Part shown: one piece after another, positions 36,801-48,958 of the stretch | Layout of the letters: the number at the start of each line of letters is the position of its first letter | How positions within the stretch are numbered: position 1 is the stretch's first letter | Assembly (NCBI GenBank): GCA_965235115.1 | Contig: OZ249440.1 | Location: 34,660,001 to 34,724,000, forward strand | DNA: 64,000 bases | Origin: Laetmonice hystrix | Taxonomy: Eukaryota | Reading direction: 5' to 3' | Notes under the pieces: generated by a model | Told to the model about the DNA's origin: nothing | The model's input: the letters and a program-made list of their open reading frames with translations, nothing else | The model's database searches: none | Translations under genes and position numbers: made by a program

Positions 36801-37222
36801 GCAGTGATTGACAGCTGCCAGTATGGGCACGGCTGGGATCGAAGGACCGGATGGAGGAGGACCAATAAATAGGAGACCCATCATGTAGTAAAGTTAGACT
36901 TCATATAGATTTTCATAGAGTTTTTCATAGAGTTTTTCATAGAGTTTTTCATAGAGTTTTTCATAGAGTTTTTCATAGAGATTTCATAGAGATTTGGTCG
37001 GATCAGTTCTGAGCTCCGCTCAGTTCTGAGAAGATTTCATGAAGAGATTAGATTTGGATTTCAATTCGGATCAGTCCTGAGTTCAGCTCAGTTCTGAGTT
37101 GGATAGTTAGTACAGAGAGTTGGTAGGCGAGAGTCTGAGGATGCGCTTGTAGTTGAAGATTCGAGAATACAACCATCACCGAAAACCAACTCGTTTATGT
37201 TGTGATTTGGGGGACCGCAACA
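33861..37222 (+). mobile_element. Non-autonomous LTR retrotransposon (Gypsy-type structure); LTRs 33861-34821 and 36217-37222
   Basis: TGTTG...CAACA LTRs nearly identical; 4-bp TSD ACAT; PBS-like TGGCGTCTCCGATGGGA at 34827; polypurine tract 36200-36216; 1.4-kb interior without gag/pol motifs. Confidence 0.95.
35308..35566. repeat. 18-bp GC-rich tandem repeat (GCCGAGGGCGAAGGTTCC variants)
   Basis: Directly visible inside the LTR element. Confidence 0.92.
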
Positions 37223-39889
37223 ACATATTATCATCATAAAGATGATGCTATCTCACACCACAGGTTATCATCATAAAGATGATGCTACCTTCAAACACAT
37301 GTTATCATCATAAAGATGATGCTATCTCACACCACAGGTTATCATCATAAAGATGATGCTATCTCACACCACAGGTTATCATCATAAAGATGATGCTATC
37401 CTCCAACACAGGTCATATAGAGAATATTTTCAAACACAGGGTCTAGTCATCACATCACAGGTTATCTTTATGACAAGAAGTTCAGATAATGCCCATGGGC
37501 ACGTGTATGAATACCATCTTCCAACACATATATATCTCTTATCATCAAAGGGTGACAGTCCCGTTCCGATGCATGTGAACTCTTGAGCCATTAGAGCTCT
37601 CCTGAAAAAGACACCCTTTATACAAAGCATGTTTCAATTCTTTTCTGATGACGGCTTTAGCGATACCTTTAGCAGTCTTTTTTTCACTGCCTTTCATTTT
37701 CAAGGAATACATATTAGGTTTCAATCCTACAAATTCAAGAGGTGGTTGGCCAGCAGTCTCGTCTTTCATCTTACCCAGTACTTTCTTGTTGAGAGTACTG
37801 TAGAGAGGGTGGTCAGTAGGATAGTCACTGGTATCGAATAAATGCGAGCTTTGCAACATGTCGCTGTAGATGTCGTCGGTCTCGATCCTGTAGCATAGGG
37901 AATCTGTCAAGAGAACAGTAGTACATATACAGACGTGCAACCTAAACATAATGTGACTTAGCACTAGGTATAGTCACAATTAAAGTTTAAACCGTACACA
38001 CCTGTATCAGTGAAGAGTAACTTGGCTGCTGGACCATATGTAGGAAGCACATAATCATAATGGAACCGGTACATGACAAGTTTCGACAATTCCAAAACAG
38101 CAAACCCAACGTAGAGAGGACGGTTCAAGGTTAGCTGAGTTTTCTTCAATTCAACGGCAGCCAGGTGGTCGTGAAAAATCCTGAACGCATGAAATTGGGG
38201 CTTTGCAGTTAACTTCTTGAGTTTCTTCTCCTCCGTGACAAGTCTCACATCCACACGCCTTCTGAGATTTTCCATGGTTTTGCCTGGAAGTATCACACAT
38301 CATGAATACGATGCTAAAGGGTATTCTTATTACTAATTTAGTGAGGGGGTATAGTCTTACCAAATGTAGCGTTGTTCATCAACTTGTAGAAGTTCTTCTC
38401 AAAATCGTTTGTGGCCAGCTTCCTCTTCTCCGTGTTGAGGCTAATGTACGGTTTCAGCCAGGCTGACTGGGAGAACTTGAGGGCACGGTGCACTTTGGTG
38501 ACCTCCAATCCAAGACGCTGGTATTCTTTCAGATTGTGAAAATGAATAATATACTGCTTCTTATTACAGAGGTTAGGTACCAGTTTCTGTACTTTACCTA
38601 AAGAAAGGTTCATTTTGCTCAGGAGGTCTACAGAGAACGGTGACAGCATGTCAAGGTTGACGTGAAGGTTTTCGGGGGCGAGTGGGTAATCACTGTGCAT
38701 ATCATGGAGCGTTTCTGGGTAATGTAAATCCACCTCCAAGATATAACCATCCTCTCCCTCGTTTGGAAAGGTCATGATGTCGAGAGCCTCGATTTCCTCT
38801 CTACTCAGCCACTGAAAACCCTTTTGAGGAAGAACTTGACTCATGGCGTCACCGTATAAGTTGTTGGCATCCAGATACATATTGTACACATGCGGCTTAG
38901 CGGAATTGTACGTGTCGGGGAGGTATGGGTTATTAGCCCGGCTGTACCTAGTCGTGATCATGGATATGCCACCTGTGGAAAGAGAACGGTTCATGTGTAT
39001 CTGGTGGTGATGATGCAACCTGTGGAAAGAGAACGGTTCATGGTGATTATGGAGAGAAAACTAATGTCGATGTTATCATACCTCTGATTCCTTTTTCGAT
39101 GAACAGATACATGTCGGGATCCGTGAGAAGTTCCAGTTGCACACCAGTGGTTTTCAACATGGCATCCCATGATAGACCCGGTGCCGTGTAGTAGTGTGCA
39201 GGGTCTAGACCGTAACAATCCATACACACATCCCGAAAACGTTCAAAGACATCTGCTAACAGTAATACATCTGAAACAAAACCATTATTATAAACCGTAA
39301 TATTCCATGCATACATCCCAGAAACCTCAAACACATCTGCTAACAGTAACACATTACTACACAGCTTTACCATTGTGTAGAGACATGTTTACATCACCAC
39401 GTAGCATAATGTTCGGGGAGATAAAAGGAGTTTATCTTAGTTTAAATCCACGTCACCCAGCATGCATGGTAATTAATCCCGACCGTTCCGGGGTTTAGGA
39501 GGTTGAAGTCGTTGGGCATATGTGATTACATAATAACTGAACAGTTGGCCTTTGATGCATATACAATAAACCAGTGTGGACAGCTTCAGAGCGGTGACTA
39601 ACGAGGGATATGTAAAGATGCAGTGAAACTAATACCAGGCATCAGTTTCTTCCATGCGCTCGTACGGAGCAGTTGAACTTTTTGGCAGTGGAACCTTTTA
39701 TCTGAGCAGTGGTATGTGTAAAAGCTGTCGTTCTTGACAGGAAAGTTCCGTACTAGGAGTCATGAGGTGTCGGTGCAAAGCAGGATGTTTGCCAAAAACT
39801 GGATTATGGATTAATTTTATCTAAGGTGTTGAACTGTTGAACTATGGATTAGCGAGTGCACAGCTGTATCTGGACTTCAAGATGTGCCT

Positions 39890-40080
39890 AGCCCCTCCGA
39901 GATGTCGCGAATGGCTAAGCAGTTCGGGAAAGTATTGCCCTTATGGACGGAAATGCAAATACGTGCACACAAGATTCAGGCGCAGGGAAAAACCTTTCCC
40001 AGGGTCAACCAAAAATGGCAGAGGTACATCCCCGGAGCCAAGCAGTGCAGGTATCCAGCAGTCTGGCGTTTGCCACAATA
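39890..40080 (+). pseudogene. CCCH-type zinc-finger gag remnant of the YR retroelement
   Basis: CREWLSSSGKYCPYGRKCKYVH directly upstream of the pol ORF. Confidence 0.5.
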
Positions 40081-40119
40081 GGAGGACAAAAAACGGCGCA
40101 GGGTCCCGCTACAAACTGG

Positions 40120-41716
40120 TGTAAGTGGGGCCCTGATATATGCAGCATGGGAGGAAGAACTGCAAGACGACGACCCCAAGCGTGGCTACCTGTTGGAGGG
40201 GATCAGACATGGCTTCCACATCACCGACCCAAAAGCCATCGGCGAACGCGTGGAGATCCCCAACTACAGGTCAGCCACGTGCGCGCGGAATACGGACAAG
40301 GTGGAAGCCCAGATATTGGAGGAGCTCGTCCATGGCAGATATGCTACCGTATCGGAAGCACCCCCAATCGTATCAGCGCTGGGTGCCATTCCCAAGAAGG
40401 ATGGGCGTGTGCGCCTCATACATGACTGCAGCAGACCGGTAGGCTCGTCCCTCAATACCTTTGCGTGGCACAACAAGTTCCAATATATGTCAATTCAGGA
40501 CGCTGTGGATGTCATGCCACAAGGCGCATATCTGGCAAAAGTGGACCTATCCAACGCTTACAGGTCAGTCTTGGTCCATCCTTCAAACTATGCTGCCACT
40601 GGCCTAAAGTGGATATTTACTGGCGACAATGCACCTACTTACCTGGTAGACAAACGTTTGCCCTTCGGTGCCAGGCGGTCGCCAGAGATATTCCACGAAC
40701 TGGGCCAGGCAGTCAGGCGGATTATGGCCAGGAAAGGCTACCCTTCCATCATAGTGTATTTGGACGATTTTCTAATCATAGCGGACACAAAAGAGGAGTG
40801 CAGGAGAGCGCTAAATGAGCTGATTAGGACATTACGCAAACTTGGGTTTAGCATAAACTACAACAAAGTTGCCGGCCCAAGTCAGAAGCTCACTTTTCTG
40901 GGAATTATGCTGAATACTGTTGCTATGACCCTGGAGCTGCCTGAGGAGAAATGCAAGGACATTAGACAACTCTTGCGCCACGTTCGGCAAAAATCTAAGA
41001 TCAAAAAGCGTGATCTACAGTCTCTGGTTGGTAAACTAAACTGGGCCTGCCAGTGCATACAAGGTGGCAGAACTTTCATCCGGAGACTGATCGATCCCAT
41101 ATCGCAATTGAAGTCACCTTGGCACCGTGCGCGCGTCACACAAGCCATGCGCGAAGACATCGACTGGTGGATTGAGTTTCTGGATGTCTTTAATGGATGT
41201 ACCCCGATGATGGACAATCGACCAGTAGTACCAGTATGGACAGATGCCTGTCCGGTCGCTGCAGGGGCGGTGTTCGGGAGAGACTATGTGTATACCCCTT
41301 TCAAAAGCTGGACTGGCGCTTCAGGTCTACACATTAATTTCAAAGAAACTCTGGCGGTGGAGACTGCCGCCACTCAGTGGGCAAAACAGTGGGCAAATCA
41401 TCGTTTTTTTGTCTACTGCGACAACCAAGCGGCCGTCGGAATCTTGAACAAAGGTAGCTGCAAAGACCCCTTCTTAATGAAGTCATTACGGAGAATCTTC
41501 TGGTTGTCGGCTAGGTTTAATTTCAAAATGAAGGCAGTCTATTTCCCTGGGGTAGAAAATGTAGTAGCCGATGCCGTTTCCAGACTGCACGAACCGCACG
41601 GTTATCAAAGACTGATCTCCATTTTGAGAAGTCGGCCACCATCAGCTCCACATTATGGAATCAACCCTGGCCATACGTTTATAGAGTCGGTTACCCACCA
41701 TCCTATTAGGTTATGA
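40120..41716 (+). CDS. Ngaro/DIRS-type reverse transcriptase-RNase H (recombinase gene absent), inside PolB intron 5
   Basis: GIRHGF, VRLIHDCS, AKVDLSNAYR, LPFGARRSP.IF, VYLDDF, FLGI, LVGKLNW; RNase H WTDAC, HINFKETLAV, CDNQAAV, PGVENVVADAVSR; no methyltransferase domain follows. Start uncertain (no clear ATG). Confidence 0.9.
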
Positions 41717-42049
41717 ACTGGTGACTTTGTACATCTTGGTTTGTTCGCCAAGGGGTTCTGGTGTTTCTACGTCTACATAATGTGTGTTGCTTGGTACTTT
41801 TACTTAACGGTTGGACATGCCAGTCTATTTTTTTTCCTACCATACTCTCTACTTGTGGTGTTTGGGCAGAGACATGTCCATCCCAGACTCATTAGGAGCG
41901 CGTTTCTCAAGCAAACAGCTACCAGAATGTTATTTCAAAAATGTTGTTTAATGGCCGGCGCTTCTGTTTTATCTATTTGTCTAGCAGCTTTTATAATTAG
42001 GTTAAAGTATTCTTCAGCCGACTTATTGTTAAGGATGCTAGTTGGCTGT

Positions 42050-42653
42050 CATTCGGGACTCCCTCGGGCATATGACGTCACTTCCTGCTATTCGAATATA
42101 CCCTCGGGTGGAATAGCGGCCATGTTTGGCAACCAGATACACCGCCAAATGGAGGTGTGTAGCGAGGCACTGAGTGAACCGTCATATCCCATCGAGCCAG
42201 GAAGTAGTGCATTATTGACACCCGCTCCTTCGGCGTTGTATGTGCAAATATAAATTTCTGGTATGAAGGGGAACGTTTGAAGAAGAAAAATGAATCACCC
42301 AATTTACCTAAATGGGCGTCAATACGGTAATTTATTAAATTCTGGGAAGCAATATGGCCGCGCCCATGTACGACACGCGTACGACACTGGCCCGACACAT
42401 GGTAGGACTACTTGTAATCATGTTGTAATTTAAGTTGTATCATGACATGATACTATTGTAATATTGCCCACTGACTTCGGGGAAAGCATTGTAGGCCTAT
42501 TTTAGTTGCTTCCATGCCTGATGCAGACAAAATACTGCAAGCACTGCCATGCTGTCGAGAGTCCCGGCTAAATGTACCCGAGATGCAATGCTCAAAATGG
42601 CACCTGTTTCACCCGAGGCTACTTTCGAAGATATGGCCGAGGATTCCCGAATG
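42050..42653. mobile_element. ~600-bp MITE with 9-bp TSD (copy 2, inverted relative to 20852-21444)
   Basis: Same termini; TSD GTTGGCTGT (42041-42049, 42654-42662). Confidence 0.9.
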
Positions 42654-45600
42654 GTTGGCTGTATGTAAAGTTCACTAGTCGTCACTTTAAATATCTGCTA
42701 TTTGTTGACAGCGTTATGTAACAGCAATTACTCTGACATTGACAGCGTGTATGTAACAGTGCATGATTACATTGAAACTTAAGAGGTTGTCTTAGTGCGC
42801 GCTTCGTAGATTATTTTGTGTGTGGCGCTTCTGCCTTTCCTTTGTATGAATCAGCTATAATATGTAAAGCCGGCGGTAGGCTACAGCGGTTGCACATACT
42901 GCAAGTTGCGCCTTGTGTTTACTTGGCATTTGACCATAAACAAGTGTGGTCAGTTGCGCGCTTCTTTATCCATTCGAGGCAAATGTTGTACAGAATAAGT
43001 AGGTCTTCAGCGCGCAAGCCCATGGAACATTTTGTATTGGAGTTGTAGGTTGTAGCAAATAAACTCCCGTTTCTCCCACCAAAGTGACTTTGGATTTAAT
43101 TACCGGTTTTCATGTGGAGGTCATGATAGTCTCCCAGGGTCTGTAACTGGAACGTATCCCATACTTGACGTGCATGGTGGTAATCTTCATCCGAGATACC
43201 CTCCTGAGTCAGATAGTTGTAAAACGCTTCCTTTTGGGGCAGTGCTGTTTCTGACAGTTTGATTTCAGCATCCACATAATTGTAGGGATACACCCCCTTT
43301 CTCAACAGTAGAGGAATTTTATCAGGGGTGAAATGGTGTATCAGGTTTTTGAAGTGGGACTTGCCTTCCTTGGCCAAATTAGCTACCAGCTTTTCGAGTG
43401 AAGAGGACATAAATTGGAGGGAGTCAATAAACCTTAAATTCCCCAGAAAAAACGATATATATTTCTCCATGTTGTTAGGAATGCATGTAATACGAGTAGG
43501 TTGTGCACCCACAGCTTGCATGATCAAATGACTGTCGTATCCTGTAAAACAAACAAGAAGTCGTATTGAGTTAAATCTTCAACCCCATTCAATCCCCTCC
43601 CTCTTTTGTGTAAAATCATTAGTACTCACCTCTGAGATTGTGCAGTATCACTGGGATGTAGAACTGGTTGTTCCATTTGTTTTGCCGGTATTGGAGTTGC
43701 AGATTACAGGTGTTGTGCGCAGCACCCCGGTAAGCACCTGGAATGTGAATCAACGGTTGTGCATTGGAATATAATGAGCAGTACCCCGGTAAGCACCTGG
43801 AATGTGAATCAACGGTTCTGCATTGGAATATAATGAGCAGTACCCCGGTAAGCACCTGGAATGTGAATCCACGGCTCTGTAGTGGAATTATCACATAATG
43901 AGATATCACATATAATAGTGGTAGTGTATTAATAATAATACTATATTAATAATATAACACTTATAGGGTGAGTCACAATACCTGTCAGGTGGTCATGGTC
44001 ACGGACTCTGTCGACTCCAAGAGGCTGTTGACAAACGTGGCAGTTCTGAGTTGAGAGGAAGGCAACTTCTTCGTCCCAGGTCAGGTTCATAGGTACGGGG
44101 TTGTCCAGGATATGGGTGATATGTTTTTCACACTCACGGAGACTGCTAAGAAAGGTTTCCACCACCTTTGGGCCTCGATACACAACGGCTTCCATACTCT
44201 GCTCAGAATGTGCACAGACTACCCTATAACAAAATCCTGATGGCTCGTGAATTTGAGTGGTATGCGTGTACGACCTGTTGGGATTCGGTATGCAGCTATC
44301 CACCTTGGTTGTAAAACATTCAAAATCCGCGTAGACCACAAACGGAACGCGCTGCTGCCGCACTCGGTTCTTGAACTGAAGGTATTTGTTCTGTTCATCG
44401 ACCACTTTAATTCTCTGAGGTCCATGAGGTTTACAGTATGGAGTGTGCTCGTTGAGAAGTGCTTCCTTGCAGAACCCATGAAGGCAGTAGTTACAATAAT
44501 AGTTCTGTCCGTCATGACGTGTGCGATTCCCCAAAAGGCGACTGATATTTTTAATCAGGCAGTAATGCTGATCTCTATCTTCATTGGCTATGAGAAGCAG
44601 ATTGATGTGGTTCCTCTCACGTTGGTCTGTGATGTGTAGAGGGAATACGAGACCATCATATCCAAACACGTTGATACTGAGTGTAGGATTCTGCTCCTCA
44701 AATTTTGCGATTTGGTTCAGGGTTATTGGGTAGGATAAACCATCCATGTTCAGCTCATGTTTAAATGGAGTATACTGTATCACTCTGGAAGCGTGATCAT
44801 GGTGCATGACGGGGTGAAGGTGGGCTAAAACGCTCCACAAGAAACAGCGATTGTCCTGGTTTTGAACGTTGATGATCGCTTTTTTATCGTTCAGATCTTT
44901 GGGGAGAGGAATGTAGGAGGATGGTTCAAAAGGCACGTAGTTTGCTAGATTGACATCCAGTTTAATAACAAAATCTAGCACCCAACCACTTCCTTCCGGC
45001 TGAAACTCAGTGAATTTCTTCAAAAGGTTTTCAAAGGCTAGATGAATCTGATCATGGAGATCTCTGTCATGCAGTAACAGTTGGGTATCTGTTCTAAACA
45101 CGGCCTGGGTGGTAATCTCTTCCCCATCGTTGTTGAACTTAATGAATTGGACTTGTAACACGAGGTACCATTTCACACCTCGTTTAGGCTCCAGCTCCTG
45201 GGGGAAAAAAATTGGCTGGGTTTTTATTGGGTCTAACTTAGAATTTAATAGTGACTAATTACTAACTTGTGTAATGGCACGTGTAACGGACTCCTCTTGA
45301 CTTTGGAGGAAAAGTTCAGCATCATAGGTTGAATCCTCGTCAGGGATGAATGACCGGGTCACTAGTTCATCATGGAGAGCAGCTTGGCGTGTCCTTTTTC
45401 CCTTCTGTTTGCATACACAGGCTACACAAGTGTTGGGATTGTCACTATAAAACTTATCAGGCATGGGATGATGGCATCTTGAACATTCCTTCCCTTGTCG
45501 ACTGCACGGTATGCAAAATTTCTTTCCTGGAAATAAAAACAAAATGCTAGTCTTCCTTCCGATCGACGAGGTGTGGGGGCGCGGTTGTCAAATTGACATA

Positions 45601-46597
45601 ACAAACTGTCCTAGTTACTTAAATAAATCGTTACTTACCGGGTATAAGTTCCCTCACCCACCCACACCAATTGCATGGGGGTGGGATCACGTAGTCGGTT
45701 GAGGTAGCTGTGGTCGGCGAGGTAGTCGAGGTAGCGGTGATCGGTGAGACGGTGCCGGTCGAGGTAGCGGTAGCTTGGGTCAGTGAGGCCGGTGAGGCGG
45801 TGCCGGTGGTCCGGCAGGTGGTAGCGGCGGCCAGTGAGACGGTGCCGGTGGTCCAGGTGGTAGTGGTAGTCGGTGGTCCAGGTGGTGGTGGTCGATGAGC
45901 CGGTGGTCCAGGTGGTAGCGGTGGTCGGTGAGTCAGTGGCCGAGGTAGCGGTGATCAGTGAGGAGGCGGTGGTCCAGGTGGTAGCGGTGGTCGGTGAGCC
46001 GGTGGCCGAGGTAGCGGTGGTCAGTGAGGAGGCGGTGTCGGTGGTCCAGGTGGTAGCGGCGGCCGGTGAGGGTGAGGCGGTAGTCGTGGACGTGGCGGCT
46101 GAGGCCGGTGAGGCGGTGGTCGTGGCGGCTGAGGCCGGGGCTGGTGTGTGGTCAGGCATCGGCGGTGGATGTTTGTCCCGTATATGATTGACGAGATCGG
46201 TAATATCCCAAAACTGACTTTGACAAAGTGCACACTGGAAGTGTACACGTTTCGCTGACGGCTGAAACACTTCCTCGTCATCCTTCTTCCTTTTTCCATG
46301 TGTTTTCACATGTTGGGATAGATAGTCTGGCCGCGTAAATTTAGCCAGACATTGATGACACTGGTGGAGTGGTGCAGCATGACTGCGCTGATGTCTTAAC
46401 ATGTTACGACGTGCTGAAAAGACTTTAGGACATATCCCACAAGAAAAAGTTGACTGCTCCATCATGAAGGTCTTGATCGCTCGGTGATCAGTTGACATTT
46501 AAACTTGTAACTGGTAAACACGCGGTATAGTAATGTTGTTTCATATTCTACTAGTGACGTCACAATGTGTACGGGGAAGATGTGCATCATAACAATG

Positions 46598-47074
46598 ATG
46601 ACGTCACAAAGACACCTGCTACCACGATCGTTTCTACCTGTAACGTCACAATCGGGGCCGTGGTTACTATAGTTTAAAAGGACAAGCCCCACCCGGGCCG
46701 ATTGCGCTGTCGTGCCGCCGCCACGCTGTCGCGCCGCCCCGCCGCCGCCGACCGCTGCCGACCGTCGCCGACTGCCGCCGACAGTAATGGATCCATTGGA
46801 TCCATTACCATGTCTACTGTTTGTTTACATCAGACTATTGTATACATGCATTGCCTAGCAACAGTGACGTCATAAAGGATTGAATGCTCCCACTCCCTCA
46901 ACAACGTCAACAAAGGGTGGTGACGTCACAATCGAGTCCATACTTCAACGTTGCCTAGCAACAGTGACGTCATAAAGGATCCTATCGGCTCCTATGGCTC
47001 CTATCAGGATCCGCTTCCGGTTGGCTCCTATCGGATCCACTTCCTGGCGCAGAACTGTCCTTTTATATACTACT
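46598..47074 (-). repeat. Polinton right TIR
   Basis: Reverse-complement match to the left TIR; ends ACTACT. Confidence 0.9.
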
Positions 47075-48958
47075 TGCGTCTGATTGAAGATTGGTGCGTG
47101 TAGATATGTCCATGAAAACATGCTTCCCTTTATATTGGGCAGCACACCCGTCCGTCCATTCATGGAGTTCTGCCAGGTGGCTACCACAGGCTTCTTTAAG
47201 TATATGAATTGCTGCATCTTCAAATGCTCGAACAGTTGCCACGTCCTTGGTCACCTCTTCAGTAATACCTATAATGGCATGCTTTACTGTTGAACCTTCT
47301 GTTACATAGTAGGCCATCATGGGGTGGATGACTACTTGTGTTTTATCAAAAAAACTGTCTGTATTTCATTCTGGAAATGGCATGCATAATTTTCGGCAAA
47401 GTCCATAACCAATGTTGGCAGTGAACTGTTTATGCATGCCTTGAGAGCCTGGTGTTGCCAATCAGCGCGAAATAGGTGGCTACTAAGCTCTGTGAGGTCT
47501 CTTTTGTAATCATCAAAGAACTCTGTCAGAGATGTATCCTTTGTGACACATGACATCATTTTCTTTGGTTGACCATTTTTCTCCACAGTGATATACTGCC
47601 ATCTGTTCCACTGGATATTACGCTGAATGTTCCGGATATCCTTGTAGTGATTGATCACTAACTGAGGACCACATTTTGAACCCTGCCGATTCAAGCATTC
47701 TTTATTGGGGTGCAGAGTTGTGTGTTTACACACGCTCATATCAACCAATTCATGTTTTGATGTGACAACTGTGGTTTTCAGGTTCTTTTCAGAGTTAACA
47801 AACTTTTTCAGGGTATCTGCTTTCAAGCTTGTATTGCAGCACTTCTGACACAAGCAGGTTCGCCTACTTGTTTCGAGGACACGCTTGACATTATTGGGAC
47901 GAAGTTTACGGAACATGGTGAAACCAATTTTGTGTTGTGGATACACCTTCCTAAAGAGGTCATAAGCATCCTTCAGGATCATGACCATATTGTGTCGTGC
48001 TACATAGACTTTATTCTTCTTGTCATGCCTATTAATTTTGCCATTGGGGTCTTTCTGATGTACCACAGCTTTCTTTTCTGGCACCTCACTGCTAATTCCT
48101 GGACTCAAGTAGAAATCTTTAACATCTTTCTTTATCTGATCACTTGTCCTGTCCTTTCTGTTCCTTCTTTGGAGCTTCCACCAGTTCTCAGAAACATTTG
48201 CAGCTCTTCTTATCCTCATGTTTCTTGTAATCTTACTCTTTCAGACCTCTGTATGCTCGCCTCTGCTCAATGCTCATCCCACCTATTGGTTTGACTTCAC
48301 TAAGACTTTCATTCAAACTTTCAATGATAGCTGATCCCATCTGTAGGTTTTTCTGAGACTTTTTGGTATTCAGGACATCTTTACGCTCCAGTATGTCTTT
48401 ACATGTAGGAGACTGTGCTAGCTTTTCGATAATTCTGGCTTTCTTTTTAGGTGTTATTGGCAAATGCTTCTTCACTTTGCGAACTGCACGTTTCTCAGTC
48501 GATGTAGAAGGAAAAGCACAACCTTCGTCATTACGAACCTTTTCTGACATCTTGATTCTCATCCTCCACCTTTGGACATGGTGTATTTCAAACTTTCTTT
48601 TCAGCTGTTTTTCTTTGTTTCTGAGTCTCTCTTCTTTCTTTCGCAAACTCTCCTTGTGTCTCATCTCTCTGATCTGTGCTGCATAAGCTCTCTTGTTTTC
48701 TGGTGTTTCCAGTCTCTGATTAGTTTGATTTGCCTTCTTTTTTTGTCGATATCTTCTCATTTCATCTCTCTTTTTTTGTTGAGCCTGCTGCTGAAGTCTT
48801 GGATGATCCAACAAATATTCCCGTCTTTTTCTCCGGTACTGTCTTAATCTCTCCCGTTCCTTTTCCCTCTTTGCTGCCAGTCTTGTTGGGTCCTTCCTGA
48901 TGTTTTCTCTCTGTCTTCTTTTTTTCAGTGTATTTTTGTTTTCACAGACTATTGACCC
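47075..48958 (-). pseudogene. Second Sola2-like transposase relic, truncated at the Polinton end
   Basis: Basic coiled N-terminus, IGFTMFRKLRP..RRTCLCQKC, LVMDFAENY..QNEIQ, WTDGCAAQYKGK; third catalytic motif missing. Confidence 0.75.

Larger units (their letters stand above)
33575..37411. repeat. ~38-bp diverged minisatellite (TTATCATCATAAAGATGATGCTATCTC..) split by the LTR element (33575-33860 and 37227-37411)
   Basis: Same unit on both sides of the LTR insertion. Confidence 0.85.
37468..46498 (-). pseudogene. Polinton protein-primed DNA polymerase B with N-terminal zinc fingers, 9 exons: 46498-45639, 45526-45267, 45197-43982, 43737-43630, 43541-43104, 39270-39082, 38972-38361, 38283-38002, 37903-37468
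   Basis: Motifs EGSGW, DNRCFLWS, VYADFE (ExoI), RDHDHLTG|AYRGAAH..CN, HNLRG|YDSH (ExoII), KGVYPY, D|VLLLADVFE, IRG|GIS, YLDANNLYG (A), KLMNNATFG|KT (B), TDT|DS (C), KMKDE, KTAKG, DDKRY. All eight introns are GT-AG and phase-compatible. Frameshifts in exon 1 (~45872) and exon 9. Confidence 0.93.

Noticed and set aside
39740..39800. VLGVMRCRCKAGC, resembling a CXC motif
   Set aside because: Too short and isolated to support a call.
45635..46498. Stand-alone host C2H2 zinc-finger gene
   Set aside because: Lies inside the Polinton TIRs and splices in phase to the polymerase exons.
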